Source: Eledone cirrhosa
Taxonomy: Eukaryota
DNA length: 64,000 nt
Assembly (NCBI GenBank): GCA_964016885.1
Contig: OZ024742.1
Span: forward strand, 176,266,001-176,330,000
Direction of reading: 5' to 3'
In this document: positions 1 through 13,640 of the stretch, in pieces
Layout of the letters: every line of letters starts with the position of its first letter
Position numbering within the stretch: position 1 is the first letter of the stretch
Notes under the pieces: generated by a model
Seen by the model: only the letters and a program-made list of their open reading frames with translations
What the model was told of the DNA's origin: nothing
Databases searched by the model: none
Program-made: the position numbers and the translations under genes

Positions 1-66
1 TACTGAAACCCTGTAATTAACAAGCTCAAAGTATAAATACTGAGCATTATAATAATATATGTATGT

Positions 67-263
67 GGCCGTGAATTGGAAGTATCGGTAAAGGGTTGGA
101 CACCATGCTTTCTAGCATAGTTACGTCCCTTTACAGTCTGAGTTCAAATCCCGCCGAGGTTAACTTAGCCTTTCATCCTTACGGGGTCGATAAAATAAAA
201 GTACCAGTAATGTACTGGGTAATTTTGCTGGCCTTATGCCTAAAGTAGAAACAATTATAATAA
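67..263 (+). mobile_element. tRNA-derived SINE with Deu/Nin-like central domain
   Basis: B-box-like GAGTTCAAATCC, core GCCTTTCATCCTTACGGGGTCGATAAAATAAAAGTACC, (ATT)n-like tail; about 10 homologous copies in the window. Confidence 0.85.
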
Positions 264-784
264 TATATGTAGTAAGAAACACAGAAAACCGTGCATCTAA
301 TATTACGAGGGTTGAAGAAACACATTTGTTTGAAATATTTAACCATGAAGCAGACAGAATAATAAAATTAAATTATATTATACAAACCGCCTCAATAACT
401 ATTATATCTCTCGGACAGATTAGGGATTAATCTGCTTCGCCCTGAGTGTGTTTGTAACAGATAATCCACGGGCATCATCAGCGACAGAATCTGATTAAAT
501 GCGACAAAGACCTAGTACTAACGTTTACACAGAAAAATGAATTCATCACCTCGTGTGCCGTAAGTCAAAGTGGTGTGGGTGTATTGGTTAGAAATAACAG
601 TCCAACACAGGCGACTTAATAAGCTCACCTCTGTCCGAGAGATATAATAGTTATTGAGGCGGTTTGTATAATATAATTTTATTTTATTTTATCATTCTGC
701 TGCTTCATGGTTAAATATGTCAAACAAATGTGGTTCTTCAACCCTCGTAATATTAGACGCACGATTTACTGTGTTTCCTACTAC

Positions 785-790
<6 letters not shown>
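262..790. mobile_element. Penelope-type pseudo-LTR relic with ~160-bp inverted arms (262-419 / 630-790)
   Basis: Arms are diverged reverse complements; contains an HHR motif; homologous to 17830-18120; ends in (TA)n. Confidence 0.65.
407..488 (-). ncRNA. Type I hammerhead ribozyme motif (A15.1>G variant)
   Basis: Minus strand: stem I TCTGTCG/CGAGAGA, CTGATGA, stem II GCCC/GGGC, GAAG, stem III CAGATTA/TAATCTG, GTC site. Confidence 0.65.
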
Positions 791-1046
<256 letters not shown>

Positions 1047-1047
1047 A

Positions 1048-3160
1048 TTAAACTACATCCAATGGCAAGGCTCCAGTTCGGGAGTTCAGGAGATGTGGGG
1101 AATGTGGAGTTACCCCTTAGTTGTCATGACTCCCAGGTCTGTCTTGGCCCGGGGTGGTAGTACCTGTTAGGGCTCCATTTATGGGTTAAATAACTACCTT
1201 ATTCGAGTGGCGCCGGTAAGGTATTGTCAGCCATTGAAAAGAAATATGGAGAGTCGATCTAACAGCACTAGGGTTAGAGCCCCTAATTACACTGTCAAGG
1301 AGCAACCTGGTCGTTATGACTCTGTTGGCTTAGAGCCACAGAGAGGGCCAGTGGATGATGGATCAGCTGTCTCTGAGACAAATATAAAGAATGCAGTTTT
1401 GTCCTGCAGAAGAGCCATCAAAATGGACAATATGAATGTGAGGACTATTCGGACGCTGGAGAAGAGAGAGGAGTTGGGACATCTATTCGAGGAGAGTGGT
1501 ATACAGATACTTGCGATCCAAGAACACAGGATTCTACACGATGATCTCGTGAGGAGTGTGATGATCGGGAGGAAGAGCCAGCTCATCACTACATCGGCAG
1601 TTAAGAACACAACAAATGCTGCAGTACGAGGAGTGGGTTTTGTGTTCAGTGCAAAAACCAATCTGTTGGTGAGGGAAATAATGGCTATCTCCCCGCGAGT
1701 GTTGAGGGTGACCGTCAATGGAAACCCAAGACTGACAGTCATCTCAGCCTATAGTCCAACCGAGGGGGACAGTGATGTGAATGCGGAAGAGTTCCATGAG
1801 GAGGTGTGTAGAGCTGTCAACACCACTCAGGCACACAATATCCTGCTTGTTTTGGGGGACTTCAATGCACATCTGAGTAAGGAGGGCAGTGAAGATCCTT
1901 GCTGGTACTTCCATAACAACACCAACCGAAATGGAAGACTACTGAGAGACACCCTGCTGGAAGCGAACTTGATGGCGACCAACCTAGGGTTTAGGAAGAA
2001 TCTGGGGAAGATATGGACCTACATCTCAGATATGCACCTGTCCAAGTCCCAGATTGATTTCATTCTGGTGAAGAAAAAGTGGCGGAATAGTGTTCTGAAC
2101 ACGGAACCATACAGCTATTTCAGTACACTGGGTAGTGATCACTGGCTTGTTATAAGTGAGGTCCGCGTGAGCTTAAGAATGAGCAAGGCTCAGCCTCGGA
2201 GAACAATCTATGACTGGGAGCTTTCAAGGAAGATGATAAGCTACAGGAGAGGTTCACAGTGGAGGTGAGAAACAGGGTTAGTGCTCTGTGTCGAGAGTCA
2301 GAGGAGAGAGAAATTGGATGGACTGGAGAGAGTGTGACGAGGAGGTACGGGCACTTCACCAATGCAGTGGCGGAAGCAAGTGAAACCCTGGTGCCGAGGA
2401 AAAAGAACAAAGGGAAGCACGTCAGCTCTGCAAACCCAAATATGTGTGCAGCCAGAGAACACCTGAAAGCTGCCAGGGACCAGTTCTATGCTGATCATAC
2501 GGAGGAGAGGATGGAGACTGTGGAGGTGATGAAGGAAGAGCTCTGTACCGCTTACACTGAGGTCAGAGAGGAGGCACTGATAGAGAAGATCAGAAGTGTG
2601 GAGAGAGCGGTTGACAGATCTGGATGTAAGGAGAGCTGGATGATCATCAACGAGATCACAGGGAGGAAGAGAAGGTGTTCGAGTCAGATCCAGGGAACGG
2701 GGCCCGAGGATAGGAAGAGGAAATGGCTAGACCATTTTAAGACCCTACTAGGAGAGCCACCCTCCACAGCCCAGAGCACTGGGGAGATCAGGCGGCTGTT
2801 TGAGGAACTGGATGTTGAGATATAGCCCTTCACCAGAGAGGAGCTTCAGAGAGCCAAGAAGAGATCAAGGAGGGCAAGGCTCATGGAGAAGATGGAGTGG
2901 CATCAGAGGTGATGAAGAGGTGTGAATTTGATGATATCATCCTGGGGTTCTGTAACGGGGCACTGGAGAAAGGAGTTGCCCCGAATCAGTGGAGGATCAG
3001 TAACATCGTCCCAGTGCCAAAGAAGGGAGATCTCTCTAACACCAACAACTACAGGAGGATCTCACTGACGTCACTTGTGGCAAAGACCCTCAACAGAATG
3101 ATTCTTAACAGGATCCAGCCTGAGATGGAGAAGAAGCTCAGGGACAACCAGAACGGCTTA
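1048..3160 (+). mobile_element. Non-LTR retrotransposon (RTE/RTE-X-like), APE endonuclease plus start of RT; frameshifted and 3'-truncated at (TA)n
   Basis: ORFs 1207-2268 (NVRT, IQEHR, SAYSPT, GDFNA, IDFIL, SDH), 2259-2825 and 2897-3160 ([27 protein letters not shown]); 1048-1206 is probable 5'UTR or an adjacent repeat. Confidence 0.88.
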
Positions 3161-3258
3161 GATAGATATATATATATAAATATATGTATATAAATATATA
3201 TGTATATGTATATATGAATATATATATATATATAAATATATGTATATATATATATATG

Positions 3259-3347
<89 letters not shown>

Positions 3348-3391
3348 AAATAGTTTTCCAGACGGCATACCTCCAACACCTGCACCACCAT

Positions 3392-5464
3392 CTATAGCAC
3401 CTCTTTGTAGACGATATTGTGTGTCATCCCTTGAGGAGTGTAAGCAACAAGTCCATTCCTGCTCCCTACCCGGGAACAGGCAACATAAAGTTAGCCATGG
3501 GAGAAGCATGGCTCCCCCAAATGGATGCCCGCCACCGACAATGTTTGCCCCTGTGACTTGTTAACGGACATGGCAAAACATGGTCTCACCGGGATTGGGA
3601 TCGCCGGAAATCGAACGGGATATCTGTCGCCGAATAGAAAAGGTTCATCCTTGGAATGAAAACATTCTCCCCTCTCCCGCACCCCGTTACAATGGTGGCC
3701 TGAATCAAGTGGAGCGTCAGTGGCTTGACGACCAAGCGAGTATCGTTGCACTGCTTTGGTGGACGCAAGTTCCTTATTAGCATAATGGGACAGCCAACCC
3801 TAAGCTTAAGAATGTGAGGTGGGAGCCCTGGGGGCTAAAGGGAATTTAATAACTCACCCGGATAATGAACGATATCGTCAAGGGCTGACGTCCGATCGAT
3901 AGATTTGAAGATGTGCTCTTTACCGGGAATCTTCTCAATCAGCTGCTCGTTAAAAAATTAACCATGGTATTTTTCTGAGCAAGGATGGCTCTTTCGCTGA
4001 GCCAATCGAGGATTTTAAAGTTAGATGAGACATTAGGAAAAACTGCTTCCCAAAGGTGAGAAGGGCTGCTCACAATGTTGCACAGGGAGTTGATTGCTAT
4101 GCCGCCCTTGTCATCCGCAGGTACCTTGCCCTCATCAAATGCTAAAATGTTCTGAGCAAATGCTGCAGACATGTTGTCACCATGCAAATGAGCACGCATA
4201 TTTTTGCTCAGGTACAAACTCTTCGCCTGGGGCCACAACGTGGACGACTTAAGGCAGGCACGCACTTCATCAGCTCTTGACCCTTTGGGGATGACACGCA
4301 GCATTTGCCGAAAATCTCCTGATAGCAGAAGGGTTACGCCACCTATACGAGCCGTAGAATACCTGTCTTTCAGGGTCCTGTCCAATGCCTTAAGGGCACC
4401 CTTGTGTGCCATTGTGCACTCATCCCAAACAATGAGGTAACATTCTTTGAGAACCAGAGCTTCGTGTGAGCTCTTGCTGATATTGCATGTTGGTGTCTCA
4501 GTTTTTACTAAATCCAAGGGGAGTTTAAAGGTTGAATGTGCTGTCCTGCCTCCCGGCAGCAAAGTAGCAGCGATCCCGGTTGGTGCAACGGCCAACGCAA
4601 TTTTTTTCTCCTGACGAATCTTAGCGAGAATCAATTTCGTTACAAAAGTTTTTCCGGTACCCCCAGGATCATCGAGAAAGTAAATACCCCGAGTCTGATC
4701 TTGAACCGCGTCAATGATAGTTAAATAGGCCAACCTTTGGTCCGACAAAGGTTTGGGCTAATTTTCCTCTTAGTATTGGGAAAGAGATTCAATGTCATAT
4801 GCTGTTTCCCGCAACAAATCCGGGGCCAACGTGTTAGCTTCCTCTCTGACGGTTGACGGCAAGCCATACGCCACCAACTCACTCCCACCCATATCGAGGA
4901 GGGCGTCCTCGATATCAATGAGTGCCCTGTTGTAGATAATGTCGCTGTAACCAACTTCCACTGAAGGATACTGCAGATGAGCAAGGCGCAGGAAGTCCTC
5001 AGACATGAAGTCTCTGTACTTGACCCATAAAGATTTGGGATCACCCAATTCAGACTTTTGAAGCGAAATGACAAAGCACCCTCTGCTAAAGTTGAATCCC
5101 ATTGCAAATCATCTTCCAAAAGACCACGCTTAAAGCAGGCTTCCCGGTACGTATCACATATTTCTCCATCAACAGTTTTGAGGTCCTGAAAACTTTGTGG
5201 GCCTACAACTTCATGCAGAAGAAGGCGGAGATGAAAGCACTTATGCTGACTTGGGGGCACAGTGTAAACCCTTCCAAGACAGCTGTCAAATTTTACACCA
5301 GGATGTCTTTCAATAGCCTGACCTGACTTTCTTTGCACCCAAGTGTTTTTTGACCATATAAAGTAGGCTGGAACCTGGGGGTACACAATTGTTTGTGCAA
5401 ATGTATCGAACTGGCAAAGTTTGAAGAAATCCATCAGAGTGGTCACTTTCGGATCGGCGGCCAA
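3392..5464 (-). pseudogene. Helitron RepHel C-terminal part, Pif1/SF1B helicase, with frameshifts and stops
   Basis: [79 protein letters not shown]. Confidence 0.93.
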
Positions 5465-5761
5465 CTTGGCGGCGGTTTGATCGGTAAAGTAAACACTTTG
5501 CCCCCAAAAAAAACATTAACACACACTCACCTAATCAGTGTATTCGGCAGAATTGCCAGAACTACAACACTATGGGTGTTGTCATATTAATATTTAAACA
5601 ATTAAAGTCATAAAAAATAAATCATTAAAACATTCCGATTCATATGTCTATAGTATTAATCTGTTATATGAAGTGTTATTTGTGGGATGTTATTTGCAAT
5701 AAGGCGATTTAAAATGCCCCAGAAAAGCCGTATGTCAATACGGAACGCCAATGACTCCCGC

Positions 5762-6003
5762 AGCAGTTAAATTATAGAGATGGGGAATATTCTATTACAG
5801 AGAGAGGGAAGAGCGACGGAGAGAGTAAAGCTAAGAAACAACAGGGGGTGTGTAAAACAGTGTTGTCATATAGAGAGTGAAGAGCGAGAGAGAGAGAGAG
5901 TAAAGCAGTTAAATTATAGAGAGGTGGAATGATCTATTATAGAGAGAGCGAAGAGAGCGACGGAGAGAGTAAAGCTAAGAAACTATAGGGAGCTGTGTTA
6001 AAC
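5762..6003. repeat. ~100-bp direct duplication inside the Helitron 5' region (5762-5858 / 5904-6003)
   Basis: AGCAGTTAAATTATAGAGA...GAGCGACGGAGAGAGTAAAGCTAAGAAAC occurs twice. Confidence 0.85.
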
Positions 6004-6209
6004 CTCAAAGCATGATCGAGTTGTTCCCTTAATGTTGATTGATTTGAAATCCCCTTGCTTCGTAACCTTCTCCTGACCAAAGGCAATAATTTTCCCGACT
6101 TTGAATAGAATCTATTGGAAATTGTCGACGTGCGTACGTTACAAACCTTAACACACATATCTTCAAATTTATATATATATATAAAATATGCCCCTCCCCA
6201 AGTATAACA

Positions 6210-6273
<64 letters not shown>

Positions 6274-6325
6274 GCTTCGCGTATTTTCTGGACCTGGTGG
6301 TCAGGGGTGAGGGTTGGAGCTATAC

Positions 6326-6445
<120 letters not shown>

Positions 6446-6448
6446 GGG

Positions 6449-6805
<357 letters not shown>

Positions 6806-6913
6806 CATATATGTATATATATATGTATACATATATGTATATATATATATATGTATATATGTATATATATATATGTATATATGTATATATATATATGTAT
6901 ATATATATGTATA

Positions 6914-6987
<74 letters not shown>

Positions 6988-6988
<1 letters not shown>

Positions 6989-7170
6989 CAAAGAGGAGGT
7001 GGTAAGATACAAGGTGGACCATAACGCACCAGAGTACTCAATACTTAGTGTAGTAGAATGGATAATAGGAAACGAGTCAGGCCCTGACTGCTGAGCTCTG
7101 GCCATTTCTACAGCTAGAACTATTATTGACTTTAACCGAGATCTGTGGATTAGAGCTGATAGGCCTAAAA
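6988..7170 (-). mobile_element. Short PLE-like 3' fragment, same family as 13641-13834 and 29655-29859
   Basis: Shared AGTATTGAGTACT.TGGTGCGTTAT.GTCCA segment; degenerate GAAA..GAGCTCA..GTC. Confidence 0.7.
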
Positions 7171-7683
7171 TGTTGACATTACAATGGGATCTACATACTC
7201 GTCTCAGGTCACAGACCTCGTTGGAATCTTTATCTTCAACTTAATTAAGAGAAAATTACATGAGCTGGGCAGAGGTTTATAACGTGATGATGCTCTTTTT
7301 GTGGTAACTAATCATAATAACAGCGCCATTAATAGAAAGAAGAAAATTATAACTGACATTTTTAACAATTATGGCCTTAAACTTGAAATTGAAAATAATA
7401 ATAAAATAGTTAACTTCTTAGATATAACATTAAACCTTAAATTTGGCCTTACTACCCATTCCATGAATTAAATGGAAACCTTAATTATGTTAGCTTCCAT
7501 TCAAACCACCTGAGAAATGTTAAAAAGTCTATAGTTAATATTGTTCAATAAAGACTCTCTATACTCTTAGCTACTTATGACAATATCCATAACATAAACC
7601 ATAGAACTACACCAAATCAATCATATAATAGATATAAATCATATAAAACCTAATAAGCCTAATATAAAATCCATTCTCATTCT

Positions 7684-8163
7684 ATGTTACTTGGAATCGG
7701 GAAAAGTTTAGCCCACCTAATCTTCAATACTGTTGATAAATGCTTCCCTAAAACGCATAAATATAGTAGAACTTTTAATAGACATACAATTAAACTCTCA
7801 TACTCAACCACTATGAATATTGCCCAAAATATAGCTAAAATTAATAATAGAAATCTCGGAACTACTCATATGGAATTAACCCCTAATGATAATCAGCCAA
7901 TCACTAATAGTATAATCAACTCCCCGATTAACAATTATACCAACAACTCGAACTATGAAAACAGATTGGCATCATTAAATAACTGTGGTGGTAATTGCAA
8001 TTGTAAAAATAGTTACTTTTGCCCACTAAATAATAAATGTCTTGACCGTAATCTAGTTTATATATACATTGTCAAAACAAAAGATAAGTCTTATAATTAT
8101 ATAGGTGCTACTTCCTCCTCTAAATTTAAGGAAAGTTGGTATAATCACTGCCACAGAAGATAA
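7684..8163 (+). pseudogene. PLE linker and GIY-YIG endonuclease fragment
   Basis: Cys-rich CNC/CPL/CL segment followed by LVY..YIG motif. Confidence 0.85.
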
Positions 8164-8515
8164 GAGATTTAGTACTGGTTTATCGAAATTAATTTGGTCA
8201 CTTAAAAATAAAAATATGAAATATTCTCTTTCTTAGCAAAAGCTCTCTAATGGTTTACCTTATATAATTCTTCCATTTCTAAAGGTTGTAACTTATGTAC
8301 CACTGAAATGTTCTATATTCTTATGAATAGAAAATTAATTATTAATAAAATGTCTGAAATATTTAAATCTTGCCCCACCGTTTCTCAAAATCGTTCCATA
8401 GAGTCTTTAGTTAGATTTTTAAATAGTGAACATAGTTAATAGATAGTTCTTTATAGATAGTTTTAATCCTCACCTCCACTTTTTCTTGAATACATTTTAA
8501 ATATTTAAATTAAAT

Positions 8516-8589
<74 letters not shown>

Positions 8590-9400
8590 ATAGGTATTAC
8601 TCCTTTATATTTAATTTTTAAAGGATTTTCTATTCTCTAAAATAATCTATTCTATCCAATCAAATAAGTTAACTAATTTCTTCCTCCTTTATTTTTCTCC
8701 GTTATTTTCTCAGATTATTTTTTTCTCTCTTATAATATTCCTTCAGTATAATTTGTCATCTACTTTAAATTTAGGTTGTATCTAAATAAATTAGTTTTAA
8801 TAGAAATTGATAAATTCGGCTATAATATATACATTCTTTTCTTTCTAAATAATTATATAAAGTTTTAATATCATCTACTTTAAATAACATTGTTGAATCG
8901 ATAATTTTTCAACAGATAATTATCTCCCTTCTTCTAAAATAAATAATTTATCTCGTAATGTTAAAGTATACATAACTATATATCTAACAAATATATTTCT
9001 AGAAAAAGAACCATTTTAACTATTAAATACTTTTCTATTCCATAATTTCTACATCTAAATATAAACAATAAAGGATAGCTTACCTACAAAGTCTATAATC
9101 CAAATCTTTCCCCCTTTATTATATTATCCCCGTCATAACAAAATATTTTTCCTGATACAGTGTATACTTTTGACTTAATACCTATCTATAATGATTATAA
9201 GTGAAATTAGGATTGAATAACGGTCAATTTTTGTTTTGTTTTTTTTCTGACCAATCTAATTACGCTATATTTAAAATAATTTATGAAACGTTTAAACCAA
9301 CTGTAACGTTTAAACCCTTACGTACTGAGGTTTTTCTAGTCATATGGTTATCGATCTGTCCAATTCGTTTGTCTACCAGCATATCAGGAACAAATTATAC

Positions 9401-9497
9401 ATTTTCTACGTATTTAGTCTGAGGAGAACATGTTTTGCTTTATGTTATACATACAACTTTGCATCTTCGAAATATATATAATGAAATAAATAGAGAT
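9401..9497 (+). ncRNA. Minimal type I hammerhead motif in the PLE 3' pLTR
   Basis: CTGAGGA 9419-9425, stem II GAA.ATG/CAT.TTC, GAAATATATATA, imperfect stem I TTTCTA..TATTT/AAATA..TAGAGA. Confidence 0.65.
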
Positions 9498-10639
9498 GAT
9501 ATAAAGTGTATATATTTCATTTATTACTAATATATATATATATCTATAGGCACAGAACGGAAACCTGTCGATAACGTGAGTCTACGTTTCGGGCTACAAA
9601 TGCCACAAACTTGCATATTGTGCAAGTCAGATTGTTGATTTTGATTTCACAGAAACCAATCCAAGATATTGTATAATATCCTTCAAAACGGTCCAGGTTT
9701 GTTATTTAACCTGATTGTATTTTTGTTTTGATTGCTTCTGTGGCTTAACCACAGTTTTCAATTTGTCATGCTATTTAAAATATATTTATTACTCTAAGAT
9801 GTAACTTATCGATTTGTCGATACCCTTTTATTGAGTGCTTCGTGTAAGTTTCGAATTGTTTTTTTTGTGAATGCTGGCCGACGCCACATCCGAAATCAAC
9901 CAAAAATGTAATCTATTTAGTCAGAAGATCGGATTTTTAAAAAAATCAATTTAGCACAACAACCTTACCTGATTGAGAGAAACAGATGTCATTTGCGGAT
10001 TGAAATTGTCATAAATCAGTCGAAAAGACTTAGACGACTTACAAAAAAATTCTTTTTGTAAGACAGTATTATATAATGGATGGGTCCAAATACACCAAGT
10101 CAGTACTGAAGCAAGGCCACAGATGTCCCAATCAGGCCAGGGATCTGCATTTCATTCATGAACCATCTCATTCTACTGAATGCAAAGGAGCAATTGTCAT
10201 GTCTTCGATACCACTGAGGGGTCCTCCCAATTCTTTGATTGGTAAGCATTCTATGGCTGAATGCTCTCTTTTCCAATCACATAACAACTTTACATTGTGT
10301 ACTGTGTTTGTTTATTGTGTAAATCACCAAGACTAGAGAGGCGGTCATATCCTTGACATGACTAAAGCGTCCTCCCAACCTCTCATTCAGTGCTGGGATG
10401 TGTAGTGCTAGGGAGAATAGCTAAGGAATGGTGGTGGAGAGGCATGTGTGGCATGCAGTGAGTGATTACTATGGTATCTAAGGGTTTTAGGGGAGAAGGC
10501 AGCAGTTAAGGGATGAATTTAGGAGAGGGTATGTGGTGACGGGGAGGATAGTGCTAGAGGGGGTGGAATTGGTTGGATGCATAAGAATGAGGAGAGTGGC
10601 TACTAGATTATGATAGTGAAGGAGTCTTGAGACATTTTA

Positions 10640-11830
10640 AGGGGCAGCGACAAGCGGTGAGTTTACGGAGGAGCATGCTCATTTCTTACCACCTCCACAT
10701 GTCTTCGGTAGTCAAGACCCGTGTTTTACTGCTATGTAACATTGCAGTTCATATACAGGCTTCATACAGTCAACCTTTCACTCTGAAAGGAAAGCATTTT
10801 GTTGTTAGCAGTGGTAATCGATCTCTAAACTTCTAGCTATCCCACCTTTGCTTCATCCTCCCCCAATGCAAAATTGAGCACCTAGATAGTGAAAGCTGTC
10901 AACAAAGTCGATGGAGATTCCCTGGCTGTTGAGGGAATATATTTCACATGTACTCTTTGTGCTCACCCCAGTGCATCTGCCACATGTAAAGTCTATCCTT
11001 TCCATTAGCCTGCATGTAATCCCACTTCATTTCTTGTACATCCATAGTTTACATTTAGTGCACCTTATGGAATTTCTTCCCATCCCTTTCTGGCATATTG
11101 AACAAGATCATTTTCCTAATGTTATAATCTTTCTGTCTTCTTTTCAGCCCTCACAAGCAATTCGTCTAACCTATCTTTCTAAGTGCTCGTCAGTTTATAG
11201 AGCATGGGACCCTGTCAAAGGCTTTTTCTAGATCTACAAATGCTAGGTACAGTGTCTTACTATTACCTAAATACTTTTCTTGTAGTTTACTCAGCAGAAA
11301 GAGGGCATCGGTATTACCCCTAACTGGTATAAATTTGAACTGCATCTCATCTAACTTGATTCTGTCCGTGATTAGTTATGTCATAACACTTTTCTCTAGT
11401 GCACCTCCTTTGCAATTTACAATGACTCTGCTATGGCAGTTATTAGGTATGGCACTATCCTGTTCTAATTTATTAACAATGCGTTTCATTAGCTCATATC
11501 CTACAATGCCAGATGCTTTTAGCATCTCAACCACTATACTGGAGAGTATTGGGAGGCACCTTTTGTTGTCAGCAGTGGGAGTAGTTCTCTAAACTTCTTC
11601 CATCCTATCCTTATTCTAGCTATTATACTCTCTGTGCACCCTCCTCTACTGCTAAATAGATCACCTTGATAGCAGAATTTATCAACGATGGCTATGTATT
11701 CTTCCTGCGACTGGAAAATATTTATATCATTAGCACTCTTCCTCCAAATGTTCTACATTCAAAGTTCTCCCTTCCTGTTAATCTACTCGTTATCCCACTA
11801 CATATTTTGTGTACCCAAGATTTACATTGT
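10640..11830 (-). mobile_element. Rearranged, decayed RTE LINE RT fragments
   Basis: Homology to 18540-20387 (LEKAFDRVP, Cys-finger, YLG, MLHSS segments). Confidence 0.8.
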
Positions 11831-12309
11831 GTACATTGTATCTACATATTAAAATATGATTGCATGTGAGATCGTGTTCATATTTATATATGTGTAAATG
11901 TGTATATATGTGAGCGTATGTGTTTGTACATACATATAACATTTAGTATGCACCTCTCCCTGAGGATATGACTCGCAGCTATACCGGTGGCTATGTCTTT
12001 TCTAGTATGGCATGTCACCAGTCAACTCAATTTCATGCCATTTCTTTCATGAGGTTCACTTTGCCATTATAATCATCATACTTGTCAGCTTTCTATGCTG
12101 CCACTGGTCCCTCACAGTCCATCATGCATTACATTACATATTTGGTAGGCTTTATACAGCTGGACACCCTTCCAAATGGCAATCTGTTTACACAGTGGAT
12201 TGTGTGTATTTTTCGTAGGATGAGGACAATATCTTTAGAGAAGGTACATTTTATAGTGGCACCTGCATGATGATGATGGCATACATACTTACATACATAC
12301 ATGTGTATA

Positions 12310-12600
12310 AGACATCTGTCAATTCCAACGATGAGTGTTCCAGTTCTTCAATCAAACGAATGACTAGCTTGTGAAATTAATGTGCAAATCACTGAACATT
12401 GCACAGAAAAGTGTACCATTAATATAGTCCCCAGGGAGGTACTTTGATTTACAACTCATTTTGAATTACAACTCATGTTTGCCAGTTGAGTGGATTGAAA
12501 TATTGTGGATTGAAATAAAGTGTCTTGCTGAAGGACACAATGCTCTGCCATGAATTGAACTCGTGACTTTAAAATCACAAGGCAAACACATGCCTTCGTA
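12310..12600 (-). mobile_element. CORE-like SINE, decayed
   Basis: Minus strand GAGTTCAATTC...TGTGTCCTTCAGCAAGACACTTTATTTCA. Confidence 0.65.
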
Positions 12601-13222
12601 CATACATACGTACATGTGTACATACATGCATACATTAATGTGTACTTACATACGTATGTACATACATGCATGCATTCATACATGCATACATACATATGTA
12701 CATACATACATGCACACACATACATACATACATACATGTACATATATACATACATACATGTACATACATACATATGTATTAATTGAATGTAATTTTTATC
12801 GTGTTTCTATGCTGGGAAACATAACATGGCAGGTAAATCAAATAAAATTTAATAAAATCAAATGAATAAGAATAAAATCATTAGTTACAGAGGAAATTAC
12901 ACATTTGCTCCAAATGTACAGAATGGGGTTAGCTGGTGTGTAGATGATATATTTATATCACCACTTAATGCTCTAAATATAACTTACACAAAAGATGTCA
13001 TTGTTTAGTTAGCTGCATGTAGAAAATTCAAACAAGCACATTATGCAGTTCTATTATGTATGCTTAATTAGAAAAAGCATTTGTACATATGTAGGTACAT
13101 TTTGTAAGTCATGAATTCATATGTAGGGACATGCATTCAGTTATATACATATATTTCGATATATATATCATCATCATTTTTACGTTCGCTTTTCCCTGCT
13201 TGCAAGGGTGGGACGGGAACTG

Positions 13223-13365
<143 letters not shown>

Positions 13366-13367
13366 AT

Positions 13368-13625
13368 TAATTAAATTATGGTATGATTTCATCGGACAAA
13401 ATACAATTTTATAAATAAATATTGACATACCCTTACAAAATGCAACCGATGTCTTCCAAAAGTAACGGTTGCATTTTGTAAGGGTATGTCAATATTTATT
13501 TATAAAACTGGTATATATTGTATTTTGTCTGATGAAAGCATACCATAATTTAACATGGTATCCTTGAAATATGTATAATAAAATATATATGGTTTTATAA
13601 ATATAGTTTCCATTTGTTAATATCG
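13368..13625 (+). mobile_element. PLE-like pLTR fragment with 5' inverted duplication (13368-13448 / 13466-13553)
   Basis: Reverse-complement arms; HHR; homologous to 29170-29300; (TA)n on both sides. Confidence 0.75.
13519..13586 (+). ncRNA. Minimal type I hammerhead ribozyme motif
   Basis: Stem I TGTATTTTGT/ATAAAATATA, CTGATGA 13529-13535, stem II AAG.ATACCA/TGGTAT.CTT, GAAATATGTATA (AUA site). Confidence 0.8.
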
Positions 13626-13640
13626 TATATATATATATAT

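Larger units (their letters stand above)
3348..6182 (-). mobile_element. Decayed, internally deleted Helitron
   Basis: Pif1-like helicase relic plus a Helitron-like 5' end near 6180 (minus strand TATATATATAAATTTGAAGATATGTGTG); 3' end lost at a microsatellite. Confidence 0.8.
7170..9530 (+). mobile_element. 5'-truncated, decayed Penelope-like element (RT C-terminal half, GIY-YIG endonuclease, long 3'UTR, HHR-bearing pLTR)
   Basis: ITMGSTYSSQVTDLVG, RDDAL, KIVNFLDITLNL, IKLSYS, CNC..CPL..KCL..NLVY...YNYIGAT...FKESWYNH; HHR and AATAAA before (TA)n. Confidence 0.85.

Noticed and set aside
67-160. tRNA genes at SINE heads
   Set aside because: Only B-box remnants; no cloverleaf; continuous with SINE body
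1314-1742. Antisense ORFs over LINE coding regions (also 19803-20483, 32249-32764, 56568-56993, 61828-62298)
   Set aside because: Shadow frames of RT/EN sequence with no independent motif
3939-4748. Host PIF1 helicase gene
   Set aside because: Intronless, disrupted, with Helitron-specific upstream motifs and terminus
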